A stretch of 64,000 nt of DNA from an uncultured Acidobacteriota bacterium (lineage in GTDB: Bacteria > Acidobacteriota > Vicinamibacteria > Vicinamibacterales > UBA2999), in NCBI GenBank assembly GCA_963815285.1, contig CAWFGB010000012.1, positions 194,777 through 258,776 on the forward strand, read 5' to 3'. The notes under the pieces are model-generated. The model made no database searches and was not told the origin of the DNA. It saw nothing but the letters and a program-made list of their open reading frames with translations. Shown piece after piece: positions 40,021 to 49,586 of this stretch. The number at the start of each line of letters is the position of its first letter. The stretch's first letter is position 1. The position numbers and the translations under genes were made by a program.

Positions 40021-41066
40021 TCGAGCGCACCGGACGCGAGCAGCAGTTCGACCACACGGCTGTAGCTCGCCACGCCTTCCTGTACCCCCTGCGCCTTCAA
40101 GTACTGATCGTAGGTGTCCCAGCTCGCGCGCGCGACCACCTCGACACGGTCATCGAGCCGCGCCGCAATCGCCCGGCGATCAGCGGTCGGGCCGGGCCCG
40201 AGCAGCGCGACGCTCGCCCGCTGTTCGCCTGCGGGGAGCTGGCCGATGGCATGATCGAAGAGAGACAGCCACGCGCTGTACTGTGAGGCTGCATCAGCCC
40301 GCACGGCTGCGAGGAGCCCAACGAAGCTCGCGTCAGCTTCGGGGGCGTAGCCGGCCAGGTGGGCCCATTCGTGCGCTAGCACGGCAGGACGCTCCGGAGG
40401 CGTCAACGCCGGGTTGACGAGCGTCTCCAGCAGGAAGGGGGCGTGCATACCGTCAACGCCCGCAGCGCGAAAAAACGGCGCCAGCAGCGTCCGTTTCGGG
40501 CGGCCGGGCGTCGTCGGGGTCGGACGGCCCAACCGGCGTTCCACGTCGTGCAGCGCCCTCACGAGAGCGGCGGGCACGTCCCCGCTTTCAGGGAACCCCA
40601 CGACGTGGGCCGCCTCGTGCAGGCGATTGACCTCCGATGTCGCACGCCCAGCCAATGCGCGAAGGGCGGCGGGTGTGACGCGCGTCGCATCGTACCCGAT
40701 GGCTCCCTCCAGAGGTACGCGCGCGTAGTTCAGGCCCCATGCTAGAGCGAACCACACGTAGAGCACCGATACGACAACAAGGGTCGCGAGCGCACCGCGC
40801 AAGATCGGCTGCGCCCGGCGCGTGCGCCAAGCCCGCCGGAGCCAACGCCCCCAGGCAATGAGTAGGGCGATCGCCATCGTGCCCACGAGCACATCGAAAA
40901 GTGAAAACCTGCTGGTGTTCGACCACGAGGTCAGGTTGGTCTGCAGCGCCGGATAAAAGCCAACAGCGTAGTAATGCTCGACGAGGGCGGGCGGTAGTGG
41001 GAGCACGAAGACTCCCGCCGCAAGAATGACGGTGGCCGCTTGCAGCGCGATAAGGGCACGGCGCAA
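40011..41066 (-). CDS. DUF3810-family membrane protein (putative zinc metallopeptidase, HEWAH motif)
   Basis: N-terminal TM segments followed by ...VLAHEWAHLAGYAPEADASF... (HExxH). The layout matches what I recall for DUF3810. Its 3' end overlaps the sua5 start by 10 nt. Confidence 0.7.
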   Translation of the reverse strand: MRRALIALQAATVILAAGVFVLPLPPALVEHYYAVGFYPALQTNLTSWSNTSRFSLFDVLVGTMAIALLIAWGRWLRRAWRTRRAQPILRGALATLVVVSVLYVWFALAWGLNYARVPLEGAIGYDATRVTPAALRALAGRATSEVNRLHEAAHVVGFPESGDVPAALVRALHDVERRLGRPTPTTPGRPKRTLLAPFFRAAGVDGMHAPFLLETLVNPALTPPERPAVLAHEWAHLAGYAPEADASFVGLLAAVRADAASQYSAWLSLFDHAIGQLPAGEQRASVALLGPGPTADRRAIAARLDDRVEVVARASWDTYDQYLKAQGVQEGVASYSRVVELLLASGALDWP

Positions 41067-41070
41067 GGGA

Positions 41071-41475
41071 TTACTGAATCGTCAGCGTCTGCTCCTGCGA
41101 TGCGGAGCTCGTGCCGCAGGCATTACGAGCGAAGACGCGCACGTAGTAGGTGCCAGCTCCGGCTTCACGTTCGAACGAGGTGCTCGTCGCAGGCGCGACG
41201 AACGTGCCCTGATTGTTCGTACCTGGAGTGCTGCCGGCCTCGATGATGTAGGTCGTGACTGACTCGTTCGCCGGAGCGGGGGCCCAGGTCAGGCGTCCCT
41301 TGGGGCCTTCGGCCACCACTGCGACACCCGTCGGCGCACTCGGCGGCGCCGAACAGTTGGCGCCCACCGGTCCGAGTTCGCTGCTGCGCATGGCCCAGAG
41401 TCCGACGAGGATGATGGAAACCACGACGACGACGACAGCGATGACACCGTTCTTGTTCATACGTTCTGTACACAT
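41071..41475 (-). CDS. Small membrane-anchored fibronectin type III domain protein
   Basis: TM anchor VIAVVVVVVSIILVGLWAM, then PSAPTGVAVVAEGPKGRLTWAPAPANESVTTYIIEAGSTPG...YYVRVFARNACG (FN3 pattern). The start may be the second ATG (41460). Confidence 0.6.
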   Translation of the reverse strand: MCTERMNKNGVIAVVVVVVSIILVGLWAMRSSELGPVGANCSAPPSAPTGVAVVAEGPKGRLTWAPAPANESVTTYIIEAGSTPGTNNQGTFVAPATSTSFEREAGAGTYYVRVFARNACGTSSASQEQTLTIQ

Positions 41476-41528
41476 ATGAGGGGCCAGCCCGCGGCGTGGC
41501 CCCTACTAGAAAACCCAGAGTGCGAAAT

Positions 41529-41605
<77 letters not shown>

Positions 41606-41642
41606 ATCTTGCTTCTCTCTTGCTTCTTGGCCCTGGCTTTCG

Positions 41643-42104
41643 TTAACTCGCCCGCCGACGTTTCGCGGCCGCACCCTTTTGCCGGCTGGCAGGCGCGACC
41701 AGCTGCAGTTCTGGCGGGTGGCCTGCGTCCTGACTGAGCAGCTGGAGGATTGCTTCCAGACCTGTGCGGACCTCTCGCAGCTTGGACCGCGCCATCTCGC
41801 TCAGGACGTCGTCCATCGCTTCGGCGGCGATCGACGAACGCGGCCCCTGCTTTTCCTCTTCGAGGCGGCGCCGTGCACCGGCCAGGGTCAACCCCTCGCC
41901 GAAGACCAGCTCCTTAATCCGAAGGACCAGCTCGACATCAGCCCGACGATACATTCGCCCGCCACCGCTTGCCGCCGGTTTCCCCAACCCGGGGAATTCG
42001 GCCTCCCACGACCGCAGCATGTAAGGCTGCAGCTGGGTCAGTTCGCAAACGTCAGCGGACTTGAACAGTTCGCGTTTCGCAACCACAGACGACTCAGCGG
42101 ACAC
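41643..42104 (-). CDS. MerR-family transcriptional regulator
   Basis: N-terminal winged HTH ...FKSADVCELTQLQPYMLRSWEAEF...RMYRRADVELVLRIKELV...GLTLAGARRRLEE. Confidence 0.8.
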   Translation of the reverse strand: MSAESSVVAKRELFKSADVCELTQLQPYMLRSWEAEFPGLGKPAASGGGRMYRRADVELVLRIKELVFGEGLTLAGARRRLEEEKQGPRSSIAAEAMDDVLSEMARSKLREVRTGLEAILQLLSQDAGHPPELQLVAPASRQKGAAAKRRRAS

Positions 42105-42124
42105 ATGAGTATATCACGCGCATA

Positions 42125-43537
42125 TCACTGTTTTCGGTCTTCTGACCGGCCTCTTGCCCGTTTGCGGACGGTGATCTTGATGGGGGAACCGACGAACCCG
42201 TACTTCTCGCGGAGTTGGTTCTCGAGGTAACGCTCATAGGAGAAATGGAACCTGCTGGCAACGTTAGTGAACAGCACGAAGGTCGGCGGTGCGACGCCGG
42301 TCTGCGCCGCGTAGAGCACGCGCACGCTGCGGTGTCCGGGGCTGACCGGTGGCTGCTTCGAGGTGATCTGTTCGATGAAGCGGTTCAGGTCCGAGGTTCC
42401 GACGCGCCGCCGCCGCGACACAGACACCATGTCGATGGCCTCGAGCAGCTTCGGTGTGCGCTCGCCGGTTTTCGCGGAGATGTGAAGGATGGGCGCGTAT
42501 TCCAGGAACTTGAGCTGATAGCGTAGCCGCTCATCGAACACCTTATAGGCGTCGGGGCCCTGTTCCTTCATCAAATCCCACTTGTTCGCGGCAAGGATGA
42601 TGCCCCGGCCTGCCTTGTCCGCGTCGCCGCCGATAGCCGCATCCTGGTCGGTGACGCCCTGTGACGCGTCGATGACCAGGACCACGACGTCGGCGCGTTC
42701 GATGGCGCGCCGCGCCAACATCACGCTGACTTGCTCCACCGTGCCGCCGGCGTGAACTCGCCCGGCGCGTCGAATTCCCGCGGTGTCCACGATGCGGAAC
42801 TGGCGGCGGTGCCACTTGAGCAGGGTGTCGACCGAGTCACGCGTCGTCCCGGGGACATCCGACACAATCATCCGCTCCTCTCGGAGCAGCCGATTGACCA
42901 GCGACGACTTGCCCGCGTTCGGCCGGCCCACGATCGCGACCGACGTTTCTCCCGTGGCCGCATCGGCCGCGGAGGGGGCGGGGCTTGCGACGTCTTCGGC
43001 GTCCTCATCTCGATCGCGCAAGCGTACCGTTCGCGGCAGCCGCTTGACGATCTCCTCCAATAATTCGCCGACACCCCGCCCGTGTTCGGCGCTGATCTCG
43101 ATGATTGGGTCGAACCCCAGGCGGTAGAGTTCGAGGGCGCCGCTTTCCGAGCGGCGATCGTCGGTCTTGTTGACCGCGAGCAGCACCGGGACGCCCGCCG
43201 CTCTCACAGCGGCCGCGATGTCCTCATCGCCGGGGACCCGCCCTTCCCGGCCGTCCACAACGAACACGATGGTGTCCGCCGTGTCGATGGCTCGTTTGCC
43301 CCGAGCGACCACCAGTTCGTGCAGCGGGTCGTGCGAGGCGCCAAACATCCCGCCGGTGTCCGTCAGCTCGAAGGTCAGGTCCTGCGAGACGACCGGGTGC
43401 GTCAGGACGTCGCGGGTCGTTCCCGGAAGGGGCGCCACGATAGCACGCCGCGTCCCGGTGAGCCGATTGAACAGCGTGGACTTGCCCACATTGGGTCGGC
43501 CGACGAGCACGACGGAGGGGAGGCGCTTGGGAGACAC
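42125..43537 (-). CDS. der: Ribosome biogenesis GTPase Der (EngA), tandem GTPase domains + KH-like domain
   Basis: Two G domains, VVLVGRPNVGKSTLFNRL and VAIVGRPNAGKSSLVNRL, each with DTGG/DTAG and NKxD motifs. GTG start. Confidence 0.95.
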   Translation of the reverse strand: MSPKRLPSVVLVGRPNVGKSTLFNRLTGTRRAIVAPLPGTTRDVLTHPVVSQDLTFELTDTGGMFGASHDPLHELVVARGKRAIDTADTIVFVVDGREGRVPGDEDIAAAVRAAGVPVLLAVNKTDDRRSESGALELYRLGFDPIIEISAEHGRGVGELLEEIVKRLPRTVRLRDRDEDAEDVASPAPSAADAATGETSVAIVGRPNAGKSSLVNRLLREERMIVSDVPGTTRDSVDTLLKWHRRQFRIVDTAGIRRAGRVHAGGTVEQVSVMLARRAIERADVVVLVIDASQGVTDQDAAIGGDADKAGRGIILAANKWDLMKEQGPDAYKVFDERLRYQLKFLEYAPILHISAKTGERTPKLLEAIDMVSVSRRRRVGTSDLNRFIEQITSKQPPVSPGHRSVRVLYAAQTGVAPPTFVLFTNVASRFHFSYERYLENQLREKYGFVGSPIKITVRKRARGRSEDRKQ

Positions 43538-43677
43538 GAAGGTCGGCCCTATCTTACAGGCTCACAAGGGGTTGTGGTTTTCGGCGGATCACCCGCAACG
43601 GGGAGGGGATGGTCCCCTTTTATCAGGCGTGTCCGCGGTTTCGCCGATAAGTGCATGTGTAACATAGACTTAACCGT

Positions 43678-43706
43678 TTGACAGCGTAAGTTACTCAAAT
43701 TAAGAT
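43678..43706 (+). promoter_or_regulatory. Candidate sigma70-type promoter for the IHF/HU gene
   Basis: TTGACA (43678-43683), a 17-nt spacer, then TAAGAT (43701-43706). It lies inside a conspicuously AT-rich island of the 267-bp divergent der/ihf intergenic region, about 100 nt upstream of the ATG at 43805. Confidence 0.45.
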
Positions 43707-43804
43707 AGTTACGGTCGGTAGCGCTGGTCAGTCGGGGAGCGCGGTATGACGGGTGGGGCGGGCTAACGTCTTCGTCAGGCATATCTGCAGCCAGACTCAA
43801 TTTC

Positions 43805-44074
43805 ATGATCAAGGTCGACATCGTCAACGAAGTCTCGCGGGTCGCGGAGATCACCAAAGTCAAGGCCGAGCTGGCCGTGGACGCGGTATTCGAAGCCATG
43901 CGGCATTCGATGCAACGTGGCGAACGTATTGAGCTGCGGGGCTTTGGCGTTTTTCAGGTGAAGCCGCGCAAGCGTGGCATCGGCCGAAATCCTCGCACCG
44001 GCAAGGAAGTTCGTATTCCTCCCGGACGAACGATCCGTTTCAAGCCCGGGAAAGAGCTCCAGAACATCGGATAA
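43805..44074 (+). CDS. Integration host factor / HU-family DNA-binding protein
   Basis: 89 aa. ...IELRGFGVFQVKPRKRGIGRNPRTGKEVRIPPGRTIRFKPGKEL is the IHF/HU beta-arm pattern. Confidence 0.85.
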   Translation: MIKVDIVNEVSRVAEITKVKAELAVDAVFEAMRHSMQRGERIELRGFGVFQVKPRKRGIGRNPRTGKEVRIPPGRTIRFKPGKELQNIG

Positions 44075-44082
44075 TCGATCCG

Positions 44083-45063
44083 TTGTCTCTGAACGAGTCG
44101 CTCAATCCCCCCGTGTCGCCCTATCGGCTTGGCGACGACCATCCGTATTATTTGCCTCCTCCGCGTCGGCGCGACCGCGTGTGGGTCCACGTTCTGTTGC
44201 TGGTCCTCACGGTCGTCACCACCACGCTGGTCGGCGCGTCGCACTTCTTCGGGTTCAGCGCAGGCTTCAACGCTGAAGCCGTTGTCCTGCCGAACTTTCG
44301 CGACCCTGGGTTTTATCTGGCCGGCTTCTGGTACAGCGCGACCATCCTCGCCATTCTCGGATGTCACGAGATGGGGCACTACATCGCGTGCCGCTTCTAC
44401 CGCGTGGAAGCGTCGTTGCCGTTCTTCTTACCGGCGCCGCTGCCCTTGACGGGCACGCTCGGCGCCTTCATCAAGATTCGCGCGCGGATTCCGTCGCGCG
44501 TGGCGCTCTTCGACATTGGCCTGTCGGGGCCGATTGCCGGCTTCATCGTGGCACTCCCTGCCCTCTTCATCGGGCTCGGCCTGTCGACTATAGAACGGGT
44601 GCCCGAGGATTTCTCCGGCGTCGAGCTCGGAGAGCCGCTGCTGTTTCGCGCGGCGGCCTGGCTGATCTGGGGCGAGATCGGCGACGGGATGTCCATCAAC
44701 ATGCACCCGATGGGGTTTGCGGCATGGTTTGGCCTGCTGGCGACAGCGCTCAATCTGTTTCCTATCGGGCAGCTCGATGGCGGCCATGTGGCCTATGCCG
44801 TGCTCGGACGACGCTCGACGCTGGTCACGCTGGTGATGATCCTCGTGGCGGTGGCGCTGACGGCGCTGGTGTCTACGAGCTGGCTGGTGTGGACCATTCT
44901 GATGGTCGTCATGATCTTCTTCATCGGCCCGCACCACCCGCCGACGTTGGACGATGAGGTGAAGCTCGGGAGGGCGCGTCTGGTGCTCGCGGTGATTGGG
45001 CTCATCATGCTGATTGTGTGCTTCACGCCCGCGCCGATCGAGCCATTCGTCACCGGGCAGTAG
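44083..45063 (+). CDS. Site-2 protease family (M50) membrane metalloprotease
   Basis: HEMGHY (HExxH) inside a TM segment, and a downstream NLFPIGQLDGGH motif. Polytopic membrane protein. TTG start. Confidence 0.8.
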   Translation: MSLNESLNPPVSPYRLGDDHPYYLPPPRRRDRVWVHVLLLVLTVVTTTLVGASHFFGFSAGFNAEAVVLPNFRDPGFYLAGFWYSATILAILGCHEMGHYIACRFYRVEASLPFFLPAPLPLTGTLGAFIKIRARIPSRVALFDIGLSGPIAGFIVALPALFIGLGLSTIERVPEDFSGVELGEPLLFRAAAWLIWGEIGDGMSINMHPMGFAAWFGLLATALNLFPIGQLDGGHVAYAVLGRRSTLVTLVMILVAVALTALVSTSWLVWTILMVVMIFFIGPHHPPTLDDEVKLGRARLVLAVIGLIMLIVCFTPAPIEPFVTGQ

Positions 45064-45145
45064 ACTGACGCGGCGCGATCGTGGAAGCAGCGCGTGTTCT
45101 GCGCCGGCACGACATGAGCGTCCTGCGCCGCGCGATGCGAGGCCG

Positions 45146-45164
45146 TCCGCCGCCGAAGGGCGGA
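45146..45164. terminator. Small GC hairpin in convergent gap (possible bidirectional terminator)
   Basis: TCCGCC-GCCGAAG-GGCGGA, between the M50 protease stop (45063) and the priA stop (45169). There are no clear U-tracts. Confidence 0.3.
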
Positions 45165-45168
45165 GGTG

Positions 45169-47394
45169 CTACAACACACTGATGGGATCGATGTCGACTG
45201 ACGCTTTGCGTGCGATTTCGGGTGCCGCTGCGAGCGCGTCGCGGAGCGCGCCGCGCATCGCCAGGCGTGAGGTCCCCTTGAGAAAGAACTGCGCGCGGTG
45301 TTCGCCACGGAGTCGGGTCAACGGCGCCGGTGCCGGCCCGAGAACCACAAACCCTCCGGTCGCGCGTTCTTCTGTCCGGCGCGCCAGGTCGGCGGCCGCT
45401 TCCATCGCTGCGTCGTACGACTTCCCCCGCACCACGACGTTGACCATCGCGATGAGCGGGGGGTAGCGCATCTTCTGCCGGAAGTCGAGTTCCTTGGCGA
45501 AGAACCCCGGATAGTCCTGTGCGGTTGCGAGGCGGATACTGTAGTGCCCGGGAAAGAGCGTCTGAATGATCGCCTCACCGGCTTGTTGGCCACGACCCGC
45601 ACGGCCGGCGACCTGTGTCAGCAGCTGAAAGGTGCGCTCCGCGGCGCGAAAGTCTGCGAGCCCGAGGCCGACATCCGCCGAGATCACACCCACCAGGGTG
45701 ACCTGCGGGAAGTCGTGCCCCTTGGCGATCATCTGGGTGCCGACGAGGATGTCGAGGTCCTGTTTCGCAAAGCGATTCAGCAATCCGGCCAGGCTGCCAC
45801 GCCGGCGAACGGTGTCGCGATCGACGCGCCCGATCCGCGCGCCGGGAAACAACGATTGCACCTCCGCTTCCACGCGCTCGGTCCCAAAACCGATATGTTC
45901 CAGATAGGGGGCCGCGCACTGCTGGCACGTCTTCGGCACGATCCGTGAGAAGTTGCAGTAGTGACAGCGCGCCCGCCACTCCCGCCGTCCCGTATGCACC
46001 GTCAGCGAGACGCTGCAGTTCGGACACTCCAGGGTCCCTCCGCACTGACGGCACACCACCGCTGTAGCAAACCCGCGCCGATTGAGCAGCACGAGCACTT
46101 GCTCGCGCCGATCCAGCCGCAGCTCAATTGACGCGCGCAGCGCACGCGAGAGGATCACGTCCGGTCCTTCCTCGGCATACTCCTCGCGCATGTTCACGAT
46201 CTTGACCGCTGCGAGCGGACGGTCGAGCACGCGCCGCGTGAGCGTGACGAGCTCATAGCGCTTCTGCTGCGCGTTGTAGAACGATTCCATCGACGGCGTC
46301 GCAGAACCCAGCACGACGAGCGCACCGGCAAACTTTCCGCGCATCACCGCGACATCGCGACCGTGGTAGCGCGGCGTTTCTTCCTGCTTGTAGGACGTGT
46401 CGTGTTCTTCATCCACGATGATGAGGCCAGGCTTGGCGAGCGGCGTGAACACGGCGGAGCGGGTCCCGATGACGACATCGACTTCGCCGCGCCGGACGCG
46501 GTGCCACTGATCGTGCCGTTCGCCGTCGGACAGGCCGCTGTGCTGGATCGCCACGCCCGTGCCGAAGCGGGCGCGAAAGACCGCCGCCATCGCAGGCGTG
46601 AGCGCGATCTCCGGCACCATCATCAACACTCCGCGGCCGGCCCGTCGCACCGCATCGGCCAGGTGCAGATACACCTCGGTTTTGCCGCTCCCGGTGATGC
46701 CATGCAGGAGCGCGACCCGAAACTCGTGGGTGTCGGCCAGGTCGCGCAGACGCCCCAGGGCCAGCTGCTGTTCAGCCGTCAGTCCCCGGTCCGCGGTATC
46801 AGCCGCAGATGTGGCGCCGTGGCCCGACGCAAACGGATCGCGCTCCTGGCGCTCTTGCCGGATCGTGACCAGCCCCATGGTCTCGAGGCGCGCGACCACG
46901 CCAGCCGAGATACCGCGCGCGGCGAGATGCGGCGCCGGGATTCCGTCAGGTGCGCCGTTCAGCTGCAGCACGGCGGCTGCCTGCTTTGCACTGAGCGTGT
47001 CGGCGCGACTCGCGGCATCGCGCCCCGCGGCAGTCAGCGCCACCGTGCGAACCGTGCGAAACGCATGAACGCGCGTGGTGAGCGCGTGCGGCGGCATGGC
47101 CATCGACAGCGTCGCGCCTGGGCCGGCGACGTAGTAGTCCCCGACCCAGTCCGCGAGCTCGATGACGTCGTGCGGGAGATACGGCTCGGTGTCGAGCACG
47201 TCGATCAGGTCCCGCAGCTCGAAATCACCACGCGGCGGCTCGGCCTCGCCGATGACCACGCCGGTCAGCGTGCGACTTCCCAGCGGCACGACCACACGCG
47301 CGCCAGCCGGTGGCGTCGCGAGCCCATCGGGGACCGTGTAGGTCAGCAGATCGAGCGCAGGGACAGGAACCGCGACCGAGACAAGTCGTGCCAC
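45169..47394 (-). CDS. priA: Primosomal protein N' (replication restart helicase PriA)
   Basis: 741 aa. Walker A LLHGITGSGKTEVY, DEEH box IIVDEEHD and a Cys-rich zinc region CRQCGGTLECPNCSVSLTVH...CHYCNF. Confidence 0.95.
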   Translation of the reverse strand: MARLVSVAVPVPALDLLTYTVPDGLATPPAGARVVVPLGSRTLTGVVIGEAEPPRGDFELRDLIDVLDTEPYLPHDVIELADWVGDYYVAGPGATLSMAMPPHALTTRVHAFRTVRTVALTAAGRDAASRADTLSAKQAAAVLQLNGAPDGIPAPHLAARGISAGVVARLETMGLVTIRQERQERDPFASGHGATSAADTADRGLTAEQQLALGRLRDLADTHEFRVALLHGITGSGKTEVYLHLADAVRRAGRGVLMMVPEIALTPAMAAVFRARFGTGVAIQHSGLSDGERHDQWHRVRRGEVDVVIGTRSAVFTPLAKPGLIIVDEEHDTSYKQEETPRYHGRDVAVMRGKFAGALVVLGSATPSMESFYNAQQKRYELVTLTRRVLDRPLAAVKIVNMREEYAEEGPDVILSRALRASIELRLDRREQVLVLLNRRGFATAVVCRQCGGTLECPNCSVSLTVHTGRREWRARCHYCNFSRIVPKTCQQCAAPYLEHIGFGTERVEAEVQSLFPGARIGRVDRDTVRRRGSLAGLLNRFAKQDLDILVGTQMIAKGHDFPQVTLVGVISADVGLGLADFRAAERTFQLLTQVAGRAGRGQQAGEAIIQTLFPGHYSIRLATAQDYPGFFAKELDFRQKMRYPPLIAMVNVVVRGKSYDAAMEAAADLARRTEERATGGFVVLGPAPAPLTRLRGEHRAQFFLKGTSRLAMRGALRDALAAAPEIARKASVDIDPISVL

Positions 47395-47401
47395 CGCGGG
47401 C

Positions 47402-48214
47402 TTACTCGGTGCCTTGCAGGATGGCCCGAACTCTCTTCATGTCGTCCCACACTTCGCGCTTGGCCGACGGGTTGCGGAGCAGATACGCCGGGTGGAAAGT
47501 GGGAATCAGGGTGGCGCCACGATAATTGAACGATCGCCCGCGCAGGCGGGTGATCGGATCGGTTGTGCGTAGCAGCGACTGCGCCGCGAATTTGCCCAGC
47601 GCGACAATCACCTTTGGCTTGATCGCCGCCACCTGCTGGAACAGAAACGGCTCGCACTGCTCTACTTCGTCCGGCTCAGGATTGCGATTGCCCGGCGGCC
47701 GGCACTTGATGATGTTGGCGATGTACACCTGGTCGCGCCGCAATCCGATGGCCTCGATGATCTTGGTCAGCAGTTGACCGGCCCGTCCGACAAACGGCTC
47801 GCCCTGCAAATCTTCATCCGCGCCTGGTGCTTCCCCGACGAACATCAAGTCAGCATCCGAATTGCCCACACCGAAGACGACCTGCTTCCGGCCAAGGGCG
47901 TGCAGCTTGCAGCGCGTGCAGGCCGGGCCGATTTCTTCGCGCAGCATGGTCAAGATTCGCATGCTGCCGGTGCCGGATTCGGCGCGGCTCGAGCTCGCGC
48001 TTTCCTGCGGCGGGAGGCTCACGATCGCAGCGCCTTCAGTGGCAGGGAACTCGGCTTGTTCGCCGGCGTGGCCAACCGAGGCCTCAGCCAGGGCAGCACT
48101 GATCGCGCGCTTCCGCCACACCGGGTCGCGGCTGATGCCGTCGACGCCGAGCTGCTCAAAGAATCTTAAATGTTCCGCGAGGTTGGAACGATCCACAGAG
48201 ATCACAGAATACAC
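47402..48214 (-). CDS. Uracil-DNA glycosylase, family 4 type
   Basis: ...[37 protein letters not shown]...[10 protein letters not shown]...CRPPGNRNP...HPAYLLRNP. The GTG start at 48214 lies inside the left inverted-repeat arm of the 48190-48402 element. Confidence 0.85.
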   Translation of the reverse strand: MYSVISVDRSNLAEHLRFFEQLGVDGISRDPVWRKRAISAALAEASVGHAGEQAEFPATEGAAIVSLPPQESASSSRAESGTGSMRILTMLREEIGPACTRCKLHALGRKQVVFGVGNSDADLMFVGEAPGADEDLQGEPFVGRAGQLLTKIIEAIGLRRDQVYIANIIKCRPPGNRNPEPDEVEQCEPFLFQQVAAIKPKVIVALGKFAAQSLLRTTDPITRLRGRSFNYRGATLIPTFHPAYLLRNPSAKREVWDDMKRVRAILQGTE

Positions 48215-48402
48215 AGAATTGTCTTACTAGAATTGGCTTACCCAGAATTGGCCATCACAACTCAGCTCTGAGCTCCGAACTCTGAGTTCTCAGCTCTGGC
48301 TCTCAGCTCTCAGCGCTTTCAGCCTATTGCCCTTTAGCCTCTTAGCCCTGTTGGCTGTTGGCCCGTGACTCCTTTCGGTGTTCTCTGTGATTTCTGTGGA
48401 TC
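48190..48402. repeat. 213-bp inverted-repeat-bounded element (MITE/REP-like) filled with short tandem arrays
   Basis: The left arm is GATCCACAGAGATCACAGAATACAC (48190-48214). The right arm is GTGTTCTCTGTGATTTCTGTGGATC (48378-48402), whose reverse complement matches the left arm at 22/25 positions. The interior holds AGAATTG(G) x3, CTCAGCT-like units, TTAGCC x2-3 and GTTGGC x2. Confidence 0.45.
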
Positions 48403-49586
48403 GCTTCTATTCTGTCGAGGATGCTGGAGGCGATGCCGCTCTTCGACTGTAACGGCACCTCTTCGACACCGTCGGACGTGACCAGCGTCACTGCGTTTGT
48501 GTCACCGTCGAAGCCGACGCCTGGACGGGAGACATCGTTGGCCACAATGAGGTCAACGCCCTTGCGCTCGAGCTTGTCTTTCGCGTGAGCGACAACGTCA
48601 TGCGTTTCGGCGGCGAAGCCCACGAGCACGGGGCGTCCCGCCTCACGCCGCGAGGCCAGCTGACCAAGGTCTGCGAGGACATCTCGCGTACGGCTGAGCG
48701 TCAGCGTCAGCGGACCATCGCTCTTCGCGATTTTCTCGACGTTGGGAGCGGCCATCGTATAGTCGGCCACCGCGGCAGCCATGATGACGACGTCAGCCTC
48801 GGACGCGCGGGCCATCACCGCTTGGTGCATGTCAGCCGCGCTGCGCACGTTGACCACTTCCTCGACTTTCGGCGCGGCCAACTTCACTGGTCCTGAGACG
48901 AGCGTCACATGCGCACCGCGCACGGCCGCTTCGGCGGCAAGCGCGTAGCCCATCTTGCCGCTCGACCGATTCCCGATGAAGCGCACCGGATCAATATCTT
49001 CGAGGGTGGGCCCTGCCGTCACCAGCACGCGTGAACCGGCAAGCGCCCCTTTGGGGCGAAGCATCTGCATGACGGCATCGACAATCTCCGCCGGCTCGGC
49101 AAGCCGCCCCTTGCCGATCCAGCCACACGCCAGGTAGCCTTCGCCGGGCTCGACGAACCTGACACCGCGGGCCGCGAGCGTTTCCAGGTTCTTCACCACC
49201 GCCGGGTGCGCGAACATGTTGGTGTTCATTGCCGGCGCCATCAACACCGGCGCCGTCGTCGCGACGTAAAGCGAAGACAGAAAATCATCCGCGATACCGT
49301 TGGCGAACTTGCCGATGATGTTTGCGGTGGCGGGCGCGATCAGCAGCAAATCAGCCGTGGACGCCAGCGAGATATGCTCGATGTCGGCATTGGCCCCGGG
49401 CTTCCACTGATCGGTGATCACCTCGCGCCGCGTAATCGCCTCGAACGTGACCGGACCCACGAACCGGCGGGCCGAGCGGGTCATGACGGCGGTGACGTCG
49501 TGACCCTGTTGTTGCAGGCCGCGCGCCACTTCCACCGCCTTGTAGGCACCGATGCCGCCGCACACGCCGAGTGCAATCAGGGACAT
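48342..49586 (-). CDS. coaBC: Bifunctional phosphopantothenoylcysteine decarboxylase / phosphopantothenate-cysteine ligase
   Basis: 414 aa. N-terminal flavoprotein domain (IALGVCGGIGAYKAVE...) and C-terminal CoaB domain (...VTAGPTLEDIDPVRFIGNRSSGKMG...). The last roughly 20 codons are encoded by repeat sequence. Confidence 0.95.
   Translation of the reverse strand: MSLIALGVCGGIGAYKAVEVARGLQQQGHDVTAVMTRSARRFVGPVTFEAITRREVITDQWKPGANADIEHISLASTADLLLIAPATANIIGKFANGIADDFLSSLYVATTAPVLMAPAMNTNMFAHPAVVKNLETLAARGVRFVEPGEGYLACGWIGKGRLAEPAEIVDAVMQMLRPKGALAGSRVLVTAGPTLEDIDPVRFIGNRSSGKMGYALAAEAAVRGAHVTLVSGPVKLAAPKVEEVVNVRSAADMHQAVMARASEADVVIMAAAVADYTMAAPNVEKIAKSDGPLTLTLSRTRDVLADLGQLASRREAGRPVLVGFAAETHDVVAHAKDKLERKGVDLIVANDVSRPGVGFDGDTNAVTLVTSDGVEEVPLQSKSGIASSILDRIEAIHRNHREHRKESRANSQQG

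Noticed and set aside
41479-41504. Hairpin AGGGGCCA-N10-TGGCCCCT between tRNA-Pro and the FN3 gene, considered as a tRNA terminator.
   Set aside because: There is no U-tract on the minus strand after the stem, so I do not call it a terminator. It is real as an 8-bp inverted repeat but unassigned.
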